The notes under the pieces were generated by a model. The model was not told the origin of the DNA. It was given only the letters and a program-made list of their open reading frames with translations, and made no database searches. From assembly GCA_002402995.1 (NCBI GenBank), contig DHGX01000004.1, forward strand, positions 85,186 to 149,185: a stretch of DNA of 64,000 nt. The letters are read 5' to 3'. The position numbers and the translations under genes were made by a program. The DNA is from Patescibacteria group bacterium UBA4787. Its GTDB lineage: Bacteria; Patescibacteriota; Patescibacteriia; UBA2591; UBA4787. The stretch's first letter is position 1; each line of letters starts with the position of its first letter. Below, piece after piece: positions 10,922-20,351 of the stretch.

Positions 10922-11197
10922 TTATTTTTTCTCTAAAGCTTTTAGAATATCTATGCCTGCAATTTCGTCTTTGAGGATAAAATTAAGGCTATCCGCGATA
11001 AAAAGCAAATAGAAAAAAGGAGAATTAAATTGTCGCATAAAAATCGCCAATAATCGGTGACGTTTTTCTTTGATTTCGTTGGGGCCGTAAATTTTTAAGC
11101 GACGAATCGCCTCTTATTCAAAAAGGCCATGTTCAGAACTTTCTAAAGCCACAAAGACCTCTTGGGTTGTTTTATTGGTATATTGCGAGAAAAACAT
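10922..11197 (-). pseudogene. Truncated P-type cation ATPase N-terminal fragment
   Basis: Translates MFFSQY...EHGLFE*EAIRRLKIYGPNEI...RQFNSPFFYLLF (Cation_ATPase_N-like); in-frame TAA at 11114-11116; frame ends after 91 codons. Confidence 0.75.
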
Positions 11198-11200
11198 ATT

Positions 11201-11788
11201 TTATTTCTTGTTCTTAAAGAATTCTTCTTTTTTTAATGCCACATCCAATTTATATTTTGCCTTTCCTCCCTTTTTTAATTTTGTTTTAGATAATATTTTA
11301 TAGCCCGATGATTTGAATGCTTTTATGCTCCTGACATTATAATCACTTACTAACCCGAATATCATATCTACTTTTTCCTTTATAAATCCATATTCTGTAA
11401 GCATTTTGATTACGATCGTTCCAATTCCTTTTCCCCAGTATTCTTTTTCGCCTATAATTAAATCTATTCTGCGGCAATCTAATTTCGGATATTTTTTAAT
11501 AATTCTTGAGATATTCATTCTTTGCAACCAGCACTCACCAATTGGTTTTGAATTATATTCAATCATAAAGCACAATCCTCCTTTTCGTGAAACATCACAA
11601 TAGATATCCTTAACTTCTTCAATATCTCTAGATTCAATATCATCTTCTTCGCAATAATATAAAACTTCCGGATCATTATTCCATTTTAGCAGCAAATCCC
11701 AATCTTTTTCTTTTAATGGTCTAAGTTTAATAGAATTTTTTTTTAAGATAGACTTAAGAATTACATTGTGTGTTTTTAGTTTTTTCAT
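11201..11788 (-). CDS. GNAT (RimJ/RimL-like) acetyltransferase
   Basis: LRPL..KDWDLLLKWNNDPEV, IGEKEYWGKGIGT, NVRSIKAF. Confidence 0.85.
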   Translation of the reverse strand: MKKLKTHNVILKSILKKNSIKLRPLKEKDWDLLLKWNNDPEVLYYCEEDDIESRDIEEVKDIYCDVSRKGGLCFMIEYNSKPIGECWLQRMNISRIIKKYPKLDCRRIDLIIGEKEYWGKGIGTIVIKMLTEYGFIKEKVDMIFGLVSDYNVRSIKAFKSSGYKILSKTKLKKGGKAKYKLDVALKKEEFFKNKK

Positions 11789-11798
11789 GAGTTTAGGT

Positions 11799-13292
11799 TT
11801 AATTTGCTTTAGATCTTTTTTTCTCTGTCACCCGAAAACCCAGATATTTACCCAACATTAAACGCGTGATGGCGTCGGTGGCCGGAATGGCGCCATAAAT
11901 AATCATTGTAACTGGCAGGAAAAACCACTGAAGAAGCATAGAAAAATATTTGGAAATTTTATATTTACCGGGTTTAGGCGGCAACAAGAGAATACTCAAA
12001 ATAGCGGTTAATAAAAGGCCGAGAATTGTGATATTTATCAACTTCTCTAAGACAAATGGAGCGTTTTGAATAATAGCTTCTGATTTTTCTTGAAAACGAG
12101 CAAAAATAAAGGGCAAATAACCTATAAAAGTAATAATAATCGGCATAGTCGCCCAAGAGCAAGATCCTTCAAATTGTGTCCATAACGGGCCAATCTTTTT
12201 TATCCACGGCATTTTTTTGTTTCTGATAAAATACCAAAGCATATATGGCACATTTTCTACGCCGTAACCCCATCTTAACATTTGTTTGTATTGTTCAATT
12301 AAGCTCTTTTTGAGATTTCCCGCGTAGACAGTATCCATTGAAACGGGTAGATACATCGGTATTACTTGATAATTTCCATTATAATGATTGTAACATTGTA
12401 AATAAATCCTTGAATCATCGCTGACCACGTCGCGATCCCAAAATCCGACATCAACCAAGGCCTTAAAAGACATACTGTGCGAAGAAAACGTGAATAGCAA
12501 TTCTTTTCTTGCCATTTCCGTTAAAAGCCAAAAGGTAGTGCCGCGAGCGACTACGCGCATTAAAAATGGAGACTCCCAGATGTTGTTATTAAAGACCGCT
12601 ATAGGCTGGAAGCTGCAATGCGCGGGATTCGGAACGGTTAAAAAAAGATATGTTAAATAACTAAAATATTGCGAGTGAATCACGCTGTCCACATCAAAAC
12701 ACGAAGAAATAATATTTTCATAAGGAACCTTTAATTCTTCATCGATAATTTTTTTAACGATTTCGCCCGCATAAGAAGCATTTGACGCTTTGCCGGAAAT
12801 TTCATTCGGCAAATTTTTAGGATGAACGGTATAAATAAACTTGAAAAATTTACTCTTAAATTCTTCTTCTGCTTCTTTCGCGATACTTAAAAAATTTTCT
12901 TTATCCCGCTCTTCGCCGGCTAAAACAACAATTATTCTGTTAGATGGAAAAGCATTATTGCTAATGGCGGTTAAAGTTCCGAAAATAATTTCTCTCCCCT
13001 CTTTGTAGGTTGGCAAAAAAACTACGTGATATATCCTTTTCCATTCATTGATTTCTTGGCATTTATCCAGCCAGTTAATTCTTTTGGTTTTTTCCATTTT
13101 TCGCCAAGAAAAAAACAAAAAAATCAGTTTATAAGAGATTCTGATCATCCACCAAATAACAAAAATAATTATAAAATAAACACCGCCCAGCGGAAAAAAT
13201 ATTGACAACGCTAAACAAAAAATAAATATCCCCCAAATTACAAAACCAGGAACCATTTCTAAGAAACGATAAGTTTTATTTTGAGGCTTCAT
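11799..13292 (-). CDS. Membrane GT2-family glycosyltransferase
   Basis: LPTYKE, GKASN, FDVDS, SDD, QMLRWGYG; several TM helices. Confidence 0.8.
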   Translation of the reverse strand: MKPQNKTYRFLEMVPGFVIWGIFIFCLALSIFFPLGGVYFIIIFVIWWMIRISYKLIFLFFSWRKMEKTKRINWLDKCQEINEWKRIYHVVFLPTYKEGREIIFGTLTAISNNAFPSNRIIVVLAGEERDKENFLSIAKEAEEEFKSKFFKFIYTVHPKNLPNEISGKASNASYAGEIVKKIIDEELKVPYENIISSCFDVDSVIHSQYFSYLTYLFLTVPNPAHCSFQPIAVFNNNIWESPFLMRVVARGTTFWLLTEMARKELLFTFSSHSMSFKALVDVGFWDRDVVSDDSRIYLQCYNHYNGNYQVIPMYLPVSMDTVYAGNLKKSLIEQYKQMLRWGYGVENVPYMLWYFIRNKKMPWIKKIGPLWTQFEGSCSWATMPIIITFIGYLPFIFARFQEKSEAIIQNAPFVLEKLINITILGLLLTAILSILLLPPKPGKYKISKYFSMLLQWFFLPVTMIIYGAIPATDAITRLMLGKYLGFRVTEKKRSKAN

Positions 13293-13296
13293 CGGT

Positions 13297-15027
13297 TTAT
13301 GTTTTTTTAAGGAATTTTAATAGTCTTTCCATCGGCCACGCGTTAATTACATCTTTGGCTTCTACCCAGCCGCGGCGCGCAGTCATAACGCCATAACGCA
13401 TATTTTTCAGTTCTACTCTCGCATGGGCGTCCGTATTAATAACATTTTTTAAACCTATTTTCTTGACCAATTTTAAATTAACATCATTTAAGTCCAGGCG
13501 ATTCCAGTAAGCGTTTAATTCCAGAATTTTATTTAATTTTTTGGCTTCCAGTATAACTTTTTCTATATCAACATTATAGGGCATGCGCTTATTAATGATT
13601 CGGCCGGTTGGGTGAGCCAAAATTTTAACATAAGGATTTCTAATAGCCTTAATAATGCGTTCGGTCATAATTTCCGTGGGTTGTTTAAAGCCAGTGTGGA
13701 TTGCCGCAATCACAACATCGAGTTTTTTTAAAATTTCATCCGGCAGATCAAGTTGGCCATCGGCTTTGATATCAACCTCCATACCCTTGAGAATTCTGAA
13801 ATTTCTTAATTTTTTATTTAAGCGGTCTATTTTTTTAATTTGCTCCAAGACCCTTTTTGGATTTAACCCGTGGGTTACGCCGACTGAAGGTGTATGATCG
13901 GTAATGGCCAGATATTTATAGCCCATAACTTTTTGGGCGTAAGCAACAAGCTCTTCGATTGAATCGGCGCCATCTGATGCCTCGCTATGGCACTGCAAGT
14001 CGCCCTTAATGTCTTTGTCTTCGATAAGACGCGGCAATTTATTTTGTTTGGCTAATTCTATCTCTCCTTCGTCTTCCCTGATTTCCGGCGGTATGTAGGA
14101 TAAACCGACTGATTTAAAAACATTAATCTCTTCGGCACCGGTCAAAAATTTAAATTTGCCTGATTTTTCTTTTTTGAAAACTCCGTATTCATTGATTTTA
14201 AGATTCCGCGCCTGCCCCAGTTTTCTGATATGAATATTGTGCGCTTTTGAGCCGGTAAAATAATTCATAGCCGCGCCAAAACTTTCCGGTTTAATTACAC
14301 GAAGGTCAGCCTCAATCCCCTGTTTTAGAACAACATTAGCTTTCGTGGGGCCGCTTGCTTTAACTTGTTTAATCACCGATAAATGGACGAAACTATTAAT
14401 GGTTTTCTCGGGATGAGCGGAAATAGCTAAAAGATCGAGATCGCCTATGGTTTCTCTTCTTCGACGGATACTGCCGCAGATTTCTACCCTTTTTACGCCG
14501 GGAATATTTTTAATTTTTTCGGCAAGCTCTTCGGCAATCGGCAAAGCGATACCCAGAGGCAGCCGTTCGCTGAATTTCTTATATTGTTCGACACCTTGTA
14601 GAATATTGATTTCGCTCTTCTCGCCCCACCCTTTAAACTTTAAAAGTCTGTGAGATTTAATCAATTTGATTAAATCGTTGATGGAATTAATGTGGAGTTT
14701 GCTATTTAAAAATTTAACTTTTTTAGGGCCCAGTCCTTCGATTGATAATAGTTCCAAGACGCCTATAGGCACCTTTTTTTCTAAGTCGTCGATTTCTTTG
14801 GAATGCGCTGAAGTTATAAGTTCTTCGATTTTTTCCTTTAAGCCAGCGCCGATGCCGGGAATTTCCGTTAATTTATTTTGTTTATAGAGCTCATTAATAT
14901 CTTCTGGAAGAGATTCAATTGTTTGGGCGGCCCGACGATAAGCATTAACTCGAAATTGATTCTGTCCCAAGACTTCTAGAATGTCGGCCACTTTATAAAA
15001 TTTTTGCGCAATCTCCCTGTTATCCAT
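13297..15027 (-). CDS. polX: DNA polymerase X / PHP family
   Basis: AYRRAA, GSIRR..ETIGDLDLL, YFTGSK, PHP motifs DLQCHS, TDH, AHPTGR, NTDAH; start at MDNREI. Confidence 0.93.
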   Translation of the reverse strand: MDNREIAQKFYKVADILEVLGQNQFRVNAYRRAAQTIESLPEDINELYKQNKLTEIPGIGAGLKEKIEELITSAHSKEIDDLEKKVPIGVLELLSIEGLGPKKVKFLNSKLHINSINDLIKLIKSHRLLKFKGWGEKSEINILQGVEQYKKFSERLPLGIALPIAEELAEKIKNIPGVKRVEICGSIRRRRETIGDLDLLAISAHPEKTINSFVHLSVIKQVKASGPTKANVVLKQGIEADLRVIKPESFGAAMNYFTGSKAHNIHIRKLGQARNLKINEYGVFKKEKSGKFKFLTGAEEINVFKSVGLSYIPPEIREDEGEIELAKQNKLPRLIEDKDIKGDLQCHSEASDGADSIEELVAYAQKVMGYKYLAITDHTPSVGVTHGLNPKRVLEQIKKIDRLNKKLRNFRILKGMEVDIKADGQLDLPDEILKKLDVVIAAIHTGFKQPTEIMTERIIKAIRNPYVKILAHPTGRIINKRMPYNVDIEKVILEAKKLNKILELNAYWNRLDLNDVNLKLVKKIGLKNVINTDAHARVELKNMRYGVMTARRGWVEAKDVINAWPMERLLKFLKKT

Positions 15028-15886
15028 TGTTTTGATTTTTCTCTTTAATGTAAATTGCATCTTTAAATCTTAAGTCAAGATATTCTAGCTTTGATCTGTC
15101 TTCAATATATTTAGTTAAGCTCTCTTGTAATTTATAAATTTGATAATTAAAGGTTGAATCACCCAACATATATATTTGCCAATCTTCGTTCGTTGTTATC
15201 TTAATTTGCAAAATATTATTGAGATAATCGATTTCGGCAATTTTAATTTTTACTTCCGGACGAACAGATAAACTAGCAATGTCGTTAACCAATTGAGAGA
15301 TTAAAGAAAAAAAGTTTTTATTCAGCGGTAAAACGGTCTGATCAAGAATAATCGGCAAAGACGACGGTTGTGGCTTTTGATAAATGGGCACAAATCCGAT
15401 TACCGGATCTAAATAATATGAGAAATCTCCATTGGGCTGGAATAAGGCTATCGGCATGATTTCCCAATATTTAATGATTAATTGGTGGGGAAAGTATCTG
15501 ATAATTTTTATTTTTTGGAACGCTTGTTGTTTTAAAACTTCTTTTTCTATCTTATCCTCTTTAATAGTCAAAAGACTATTTTTGCCAAAGAAGAATGAAT
15601 CTTTTTGGACGCGCAGTTTTTCTATTAAATCAAACAAGTCCTTTTCGTCCGCGGGAACAGTGTTTTGGTCAGATTTTATGCTCTTGATGGAAATTTCTCG
15701 AACGTCAAAATAATTATTTTTAATCAACAGCCAAATGAATCCCCCTATTAATATTATAAAAATAATCGAGAAAATTATTAAAACTTTATTTATTTTTCTT
15801 TTTTTTGATTGCCGAGCAACCATCATTTCGTGCCTAACTGCAGATTGATGTTCCGGCGAATTGTTTTTTTTCTTGAAAAGAGGCAT
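15020..15886 (-). CDS. FtsQ/DivIB-like cell division protein
   Basis: Basic N-terminus, single TM helix, POTRA-like IRYFPHQL, C-terminal LEYLDLRF. Confidence 0.65.
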   Translation of the reverse strand: MPLFKKKNNSPEHQSAVRHEMMVARQSKKRKINKVLIIFSIIFIILIGGFIWLLIKNNYFDVREISIKSIKSDQNTVPADEKDLFDLIEKLRVQKDSFFFGKNSLLTIKEDKIEKEVLKQQAFQKIKIIRYFPHQLIIKYWEIMPIALFQPNGDFSYYLDPVIGFVPIYQKPQPSSLPIILDQTVLPLNKNFFSLISQLVNDIASLSVRPEVKIKIAEIDYLNNILQIKITTNEDWQIYMLGDSTFNYQIYKLQESLTKYIEDRSKLEYLDLRFKDAIYIKEKNQNNG

Positions 15887-16082
15887 ACCAGGTAGTAGAG
15901 ATTCGATGCTTCTCGGGGCGCGATTTATATTAAGGAATGCGATAGAAGCAAAGAATAGTTATTTTATTAATGATGAGACCAAGTAGTGTAACGAAGCGAA
16001 AAGCTTGAAACTTAATACTCCGATGCCTTGGTCGGAGTCCAGACTCTTCGACATCGGGATTGAATTTTCACTACCTGGCATA
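15884..16082 (-). mobile_element. Family A MITE-like element copy A1 (long form) at a start codon
   Basis: TIRs CCAGGTAGT.../...ACTACCTGG (15888-16078); CATA duplicated at 15884-15887 and 16079-16082; the CAT at 15884-15886 is the start of the ftsQ-like gene. Confidence 0.9.
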
Positions 16083-16511
16083 TTTTTGTTTAGTAATATT
16101 CGGCTGCTGATTATAGAATGGATGAATTATCTTACGAAGCGCCCTTTTGCCTCCCTGTTTCTCTAAAAATTTCAATCCATTTTTAATCAATAGAAGGTTG
16201 TCTTCATCGTTTTCGTTTGCTAAGCCCACAATCGGAATTTTTAAATTATGAGCTATGAGATTGGCCGTGGTTAAGACAACTCTTATGGAAGTAAAAGATC
16301 CGGGACCATCTATCACAATGATTCCTTCAAGCGCCAAAACATTTTCATTTTCTGCTTTAAGCAAGTTTTCTATTAAATTAAGCAGGTCGCGGCGATAAAT
16401 ATTGCCTTTTGCCGAATATAATTTACCGACAATCTCCGTGTCGTTTTTATCTTTATTTTTAATAAAGGCCAAGTAGATGTCGCTTTTTACCGCGTTAATA
16501 AACAGAATCAT
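16071..16511 (-). CDS. tsaB: tRNA threonylcarbamoyladenosine biosynthesis protein TsaB (short form)
   Basis: GPGSFTSIR motif, C-terminal PFY..PNIT; start at MILFIN; stop codon lies inside element A1. Confidence 0.8.
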   Translation of the reverse strand: MILFINAVKSDIYLAFIKNKDKNDTEIVGKLYSAKGNIYRRDLLNLIENLLKAENENVLALEGIIVIDGPGSFTSIRVVLTTANLIAHNLKIPIVGLANENDEDNLLLIKNGLKFLEKQGGKRALRKIIHPFYNQQPNITKQKYAR

Positions 16512-16514
16512 TGA

Positions 16515-16543
16515 TTGCAAAAATTGATAAATTAGAGTATAAT
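16515..16543 (+). promoter_or_regulatory. sigma70 promoter whose -10 is the B2 insertion site
   Basis: TTGCAA-17 nt-TATAAT. Confidence 0.7.
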
Positions 16544-16685
16544 TGGCAGTGAGGATATCAAATAAAAGTCTGCTTTTGATTTGACTCCGACTCACCTCGC
16601 TGACCCGCTACGCCAACGCGTTAGCGTGGCGAGAGCTCCGGCGAAGTGTAGCGCCCCAATTTCACGGAGCGAAGCGAGTATAATT
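16538..16685 (+). mobile_element. Family B element copy B2 (long form)
   Basis: TATAATT at 16538-16544 and 16679-16685; contains the ~60-nt nested GC-rich insert. Confidence 0.85.
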
Positions 16686-16714
16686 ATTTTATCTAAAATC
16701 AACCTAATAGTCAA
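16686..16714 (-). promoter_or_regulatory. Putative tsaB promoter reading through B2
   Basis: TTGACT-17 nt-TAAAAT on the minus strand. Confidence 0.6.
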
Positions 16715-16724
16715 AATTATATCT

Positions 16725-19091
16725 ATGGCGTTAAAAATCCAAACAGGCATTATCAACTATAAGCCAAAAATAGACAATTTATTATTCTCGTTTGCCGTTA
16801 TGAGCGATGAGCAAGATCGAGAATTACTCAATGTTATGGGGCAATTAGGTATGCTCTGGAAAATTAAAATTTCGGAAAATTTCAGTTCGAACCAATTAGA
16901 ATTAAACAAGAACTTTTCCGCCGAATTAAGCAAATTCGCCAGCAGCAGCTATTATGACCCGACCAAATTGGAAGATTTTGAAATCAATAAAAACTTCGAA
17001 GAATTATTAGAAAAAATAAATCAATGGATCAGAATAAAGAAAATTGACAGTTTTCGCCTCGATGAATTTGTTGAAAGCCTAGATATAACCATTTTTGTTT
17101 TTTTAAATAAAGAAATTAATTTTTCACAAATCGGGGTCAATCGTAATTTTTTAATCCAACCGTCACAAGAAGTTATAGAATTATCTCAAATCAACAAAAA
17201 GAAAACCGTGCCGTTTTTTCAAAATAAATTTTCTAATGTTGTAAGCGGCAACATCGAACAAGACAATCTTTTAGTTTTGGCCACCGAGGAATTTATTAAA
17301 TATTACGATTATAATAAATTAAGCGATTTATTAGCAAAAGGAATATCATTAAAAGAAATTCTATCGGAAATAAAAAAATCCGCGTCCGAAAAGAAATACG
17401 AAGAACCATTTAGTTTGTTGTTATTAAGATTGTCAGAAGATAGTAAATATGTTCCTCAAGCTGTTAAAGAAGAATCTGAACCGGAAAAAGAAAATATCGT
17501 CCAAACCGAAGATGCCGGCGAAAAAATCAAAAAACAAGAAACGATTATTGAACCCGAAAAGGAGAATGAAACAACCGAGGAAACTCAAGACAAAGACGAG
17601 AACGAAGAACAAGTTCAGGAAAGCGCCGCTATTGAATCTAAAGAGGAACCGAAAGATGCAACAGAAATTGAAAATGAGATAGAGCCACAAATTCCCGAAG
17701 AAAAAATCGAAGAGAATATCCAGGGAAAGATTTTAAACGAGAAAGACGAACAAATCAAAAATTTATTCTCAGAAGAAGAAAGTATTGATGATATTTCTGT
17801 TGATACAGACATAAATGAAGTGAAAAAACCGAAAAAGACCACATTTGTTAATCTAATCAAAGGATTTTTCAGATTGATAAAATTTATAATTTATCTTATC
17901 GGACGGGGTATTAAACTATTGTTTAATTTTTTAACTAAAATCCTATTTATCCAAAGCGCTTTCAATAAATTCAAAAAATTAAATCTCCAACAAAAAATAG
18001 CAGTCATCTTTTGTTTGATTCTGGGCGCGGCTTTTTTGGTTGGTTTATTTTATAACATTAATCTTAATTATCATAACAATAATAACCGCGAATATCGCGA
18101 TTTAATCAATAACCTCAAGAATAAAGAAGAAGAAATAAAACAAACAATCTCGCTTAAGAATGAAGCGAAAATCGGTTCTTTGTATTTAGAGTTTGAAGAG
18201 TTAACTAAAAATTTGCCCGCGATGAACGAAAGCCAGAAAAACGAATATAATATTATCCAAAAGCGGATCAACGACGAGTTGAAAAGCGCTTTAAAAGAAA
18301 ATAAACCGAGCCAGATTAAAATTTTATCAGATTTTCAGAGTATGCAAGCAGATTTATTGAATGAATTGGCTTATACAACGAAGAAGTTATATGTTTTGGA
18401 TCAAAACACTCAAATAGTCTATGCGACTGACACTTTAGACGGCAAAAAAACTGCCATTTATAAAACTCCTGCTAATTCGGCAAAAATAATAAAATTAAGA
18501 CTTACGGATCAAGACAACCTCCTAATCTTATATGACAATCAAAAACTTTCTAATATAAATCTTCTTGATAACAAATTAACCAGTCTTTCGTTGGAGACAA
18601 AGAACAAAAATTTGAAAATTTCAGATTTATTCGTCTATTCTCAAAAATTATACATTTTAGACAGCGCCGTTGGTAAAATTTTTAAATACACCAGAACATT
18701 GAACGGTTTTAGCCGTGAAGAAGAATGGCTAAAGTCCTCTACTTATAATTTAACCGGCGCATCTGGTTTTACCTCCGATGGTTCGGTTTATATTTTAACC
18801 GCCAACAATGAAATCAAAAAATTTTATACAGGACAAGAACAGGCGTTTAATTTCAAAATTACGCCTCCTTTAGAAGGCCAAGGCAATAAAATTTTAACTT
18901 CCTACGGCAATAATTACGTTTATATATTAAATCCGGAGCATGAAAGGATTATTCTAACCGATAAAAACGGGAAGATTATTAAAAAAATTAGCGATCCGGA
19001 AATAGGAAACGCGCTGAATTTCCAAATTAATGAAAAAAATAAAAAGATTTGGGTCAATACCAAGGACAAAATATTAGAATATGAAATTTAA
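16725..19091 (+). CDS. Large membrane protein (PP2C-like N-terminal region, acidic linker, TM, C-terminal beta-propeller-like domain)
   Basis: Start at MALKIQ; E/K-rich linker; TM at IAVIFCLILGAAFLVGLF; repeated LYVLD/LYILD/VYIL blades. Confidence 0.6.
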   Translation: MALKIQTGIINYKPKIDNLLFSFAVMSDEQDRELLNVMGQLGMLWKIKISENFSSNQLELNKNFSAELSKFASSSYYDPTKLEDFEINKNFEELLEKINQWIRIKKIDSFRLDEFVESLDITIFVFLNKEINFSQIGVNRNFLIQPSQEVIELSQINKKKTVPFFQNKFSNVVSGNIEQDNLLVLATEEFIKYYDYNKLSDLLAKGISLKEILSEIKKSASEKKYEEPFSLLLLRLSEDSKYVPQAVKEESEPEKENIVQTEDAGEKIKKQETIIEPEKENETTEETQDKDENEEQVQESAAIESKEEPKDATEIENEIEPQIPEEKIEENIQGKILNEKDEQIKNLFSEEESIDDISVDTDINEVKKPKKTTFVNLIKGFFRLIKFIIYLIGRGIKLLFNFLTKILFIQSAFNKFKKLNLQQKIAVIFCLILGAAFLVGLFYNINLNYHNNNNREYRDLINNLKNKEEEIKQTISLKNEAKIGSLYLEFEELTKNLPAMNESQKNEYNIIQKRINDELKSALKENKPSQIKILSDFQSMQADLLNELAYTTKKLYVLDQNTQIVYATDTLDGKKTAIYKTPANSAKIIKLRLTDQDNLLILYDNQKLSNINLLDNKLTSLSLETKNKNLKISDLFVYSQKLYILDSAVGKIFKYTRTLNGFSREEEWLKSSTYNLTGASGFTSDGSVYILTANNEIKKFYTGQEQAFNFKITPPLEGQGNKILTSYGNNYVYILNPEHERIILTDKNGKIIKKISDPEIGNALNFQINEKNKKIWVNTKDKILEYEI

Positions 19092-19127
19092 CTGATTGCC
19101 CTATTTTATCGTAATTGATCGACATAA

Positions 19128-19165
19128 ATTAAAAATACCCCGACTCGTCTCGAGGTATTTTTAAT
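19128..19165. terminator. Bidirectional intrinsic terminator
   Basis: ATTAAAAATACC...GGTATTTTTAAT between convergent genes. Confidence 0.7.
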
Positions 19166-19187
19166 ATGTTTGTTTCGTTTGTCCTTT

Positions 19188-19586
19188 TTATTTCAGAGTG
19201 ACCTTGCCTCCGGCTTCCTCTATTTTCTTTTTCATTTCTTCGGCTTCTTCTTTGCCAATCCCCTCTTTTATAACCCTCGGCGCAGCGTCAACTATATCTT
19301 TGGATTCTTTCAAGCCGAACTGGGTTATTTCGCGAACTGCTTTAATAACGGCGATTTTATTTCCGCCGGCTTCAGTTAATTCTACATTGAAAGAGCTTTT
19401 TTCCTCTTCTTCTTTGGGGCCCTCGGTAGCACCGGTCGCAACAGCCATCACCGGCGCTTGGGTAGAAACACCAAAATAATCTTCTAGTGTTTTGATTAAT
19501 TCAGCCAAATCCAAGACTGACATTTTTTCCACCATTTCAATAAAATCTTTAAACTTAGCCGGTATTGGTTTTTTTTCTTCGCTCAT
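19188..19586 (-). CDS. rplL: 50S ribosomal protein L7/L12
   Basis: KIAVIKAVREIT, GLKESKDIVD, EEAGGKVTLK. Confidence 0.97.
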   Translation of the reverse strand: MSEEKKPIPAKFKDFIEMVEKMSVLDLAELIKTLEDYFGVSTQAPVMAVATGATEGPKEEEEKSSFNVELTEAGGNKIAVIKAVREITQFGLKESKDIVDAAPRVIKEGIGKEEAEEMKKKIEEAGGKVTLK

Positions 19587-19608
19587 AATATTTTAGTTAT
19601 TTAATTTA

Positions 19609-20112
19609 TTAAACTATTGCTTCTTTCTTTGATTTTAAACTATTTAAACCGTAGACTAGGGCAGAAATCGGCGCTTTAAGCGTCCAAACCAATTGAGTTA
19701 GAAGTTCTTGTTTAGAAGGTATCTTAGCTAATTGTCTAATCATTGCTTCGTCTATCAGTTTTCCTTCGAGTAAGCCGCCGGTGATTTTAATTTTTTCATT
19801 AGTTTTGGCAAAAGTGGCTACAATTTTAGCCGGTGTTACTTCGTCGCCAAAACCGAAAACAATACCCAAACCCCCGCTTAATTTTTTAATATCAATATCT
19901 TTCAACCCCGCTTTCTTAAGGGCCATATTCATTAAGGTCTTTTTCGTCACCACGTACTCGCAATTCTCGGCATTTCGCACCGCCTTTCTTAGAGTATTGA
20001 TATCTTTGACCGGCAAGCCGTAATAATCAACGATAACCGCGCTTTTCATTTTCTTCAGGGCGCTCTCTATCTGGTTTAAAATATTTTGTTTTTGTGCTTT
20101 TGTTTTAGCCAT
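19609..20112 (-). CDS. rplJ: 50S ribosomal protein L10
   Basis: VDYYGL, KKTLM, LAKIPSKQELL; adjacent to rplL. Confidence 0.95.
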   Translation of the reverse strand: MAKTKAQKQNILNQIESALKKMKSAVIVDYYGLPVKDINTLRKAVRNAENCEYVVTKKTLMNMALKKAGLKDIDIKKLSGGLGIVFGFGDEVTPAKIVATFAKTNEKIKITGGLLEGKLIDEAMIRQLAKIPSKQELLTQLVWTLKAPISALVYGLNSLKSKKEAIV

Positions 20113-20139
20113 ATTTTTTGTTTAGCATTTTTTATTAAT

Positions 20140-20228
20140 TAAAAAATCTGCGTTTAACCGCAGAAAAAATTAAAACCTCGATAGGCACAAATTAAGTTCT
20201 TTTCGAACACCTATTTTCTACGGTTAAG
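20140..20228 (-). promoter_or_regulatory. L10 leader (ribosomal protein autoregulatory RNA) with terminator-like hairpin
   Basis: Minus strand ACCGTAGAAAATAGGTG...TTAAT...CCTATCGAGG then TCTGCG-GTTAAA-CGCAGA-TTTTTT; promoter TTGACG-17-TATAAT at 20236-20264. Confidence 0.7.
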
Positions 20229-20275
20229 TAAAAATATTATACATAACTAATTTACCAACGTCAATAGTTTATCCA

Positions 20276-20346
20276 CTCCGACGCTCTGGCTCGCCTCGAT
20301 TCGGCGAAGCGGGTCGGAGTCCCGATCGTCGGGGTTGACGTCGGGG
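20276..20346. repeat. Nested GC-rich palindromic element
   Basis: ACTCCGAC...CTCGCC..GGCGAAGCGG..GTCGGAGT-CCCGA..TCGGGG; shares modules with the inserts of the long A and long B forms. Confidence 0.7.
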
Positions 20347-20351
20347 CAGAA

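Noticed and set aside
11114-11116. Stop-codon readthrough or alternative genetic code
   Set aside because: The stop is TAA, the gene is also truncated, TGA terminates normal genes such as amrA, and long genes are intact under code 11.
16512-16724. N-terminal extensions of ORFs 16071..16595 and 16581..19091
   Set aside because: They translate element B2 and its flanks; better starts are ATG 16511 and ATG 16725.
17433-17860. Overlapping short ORFs in the large membrane protein gene
   Set aside because: Shadow frames of the low-complexity E/K-rich linker.
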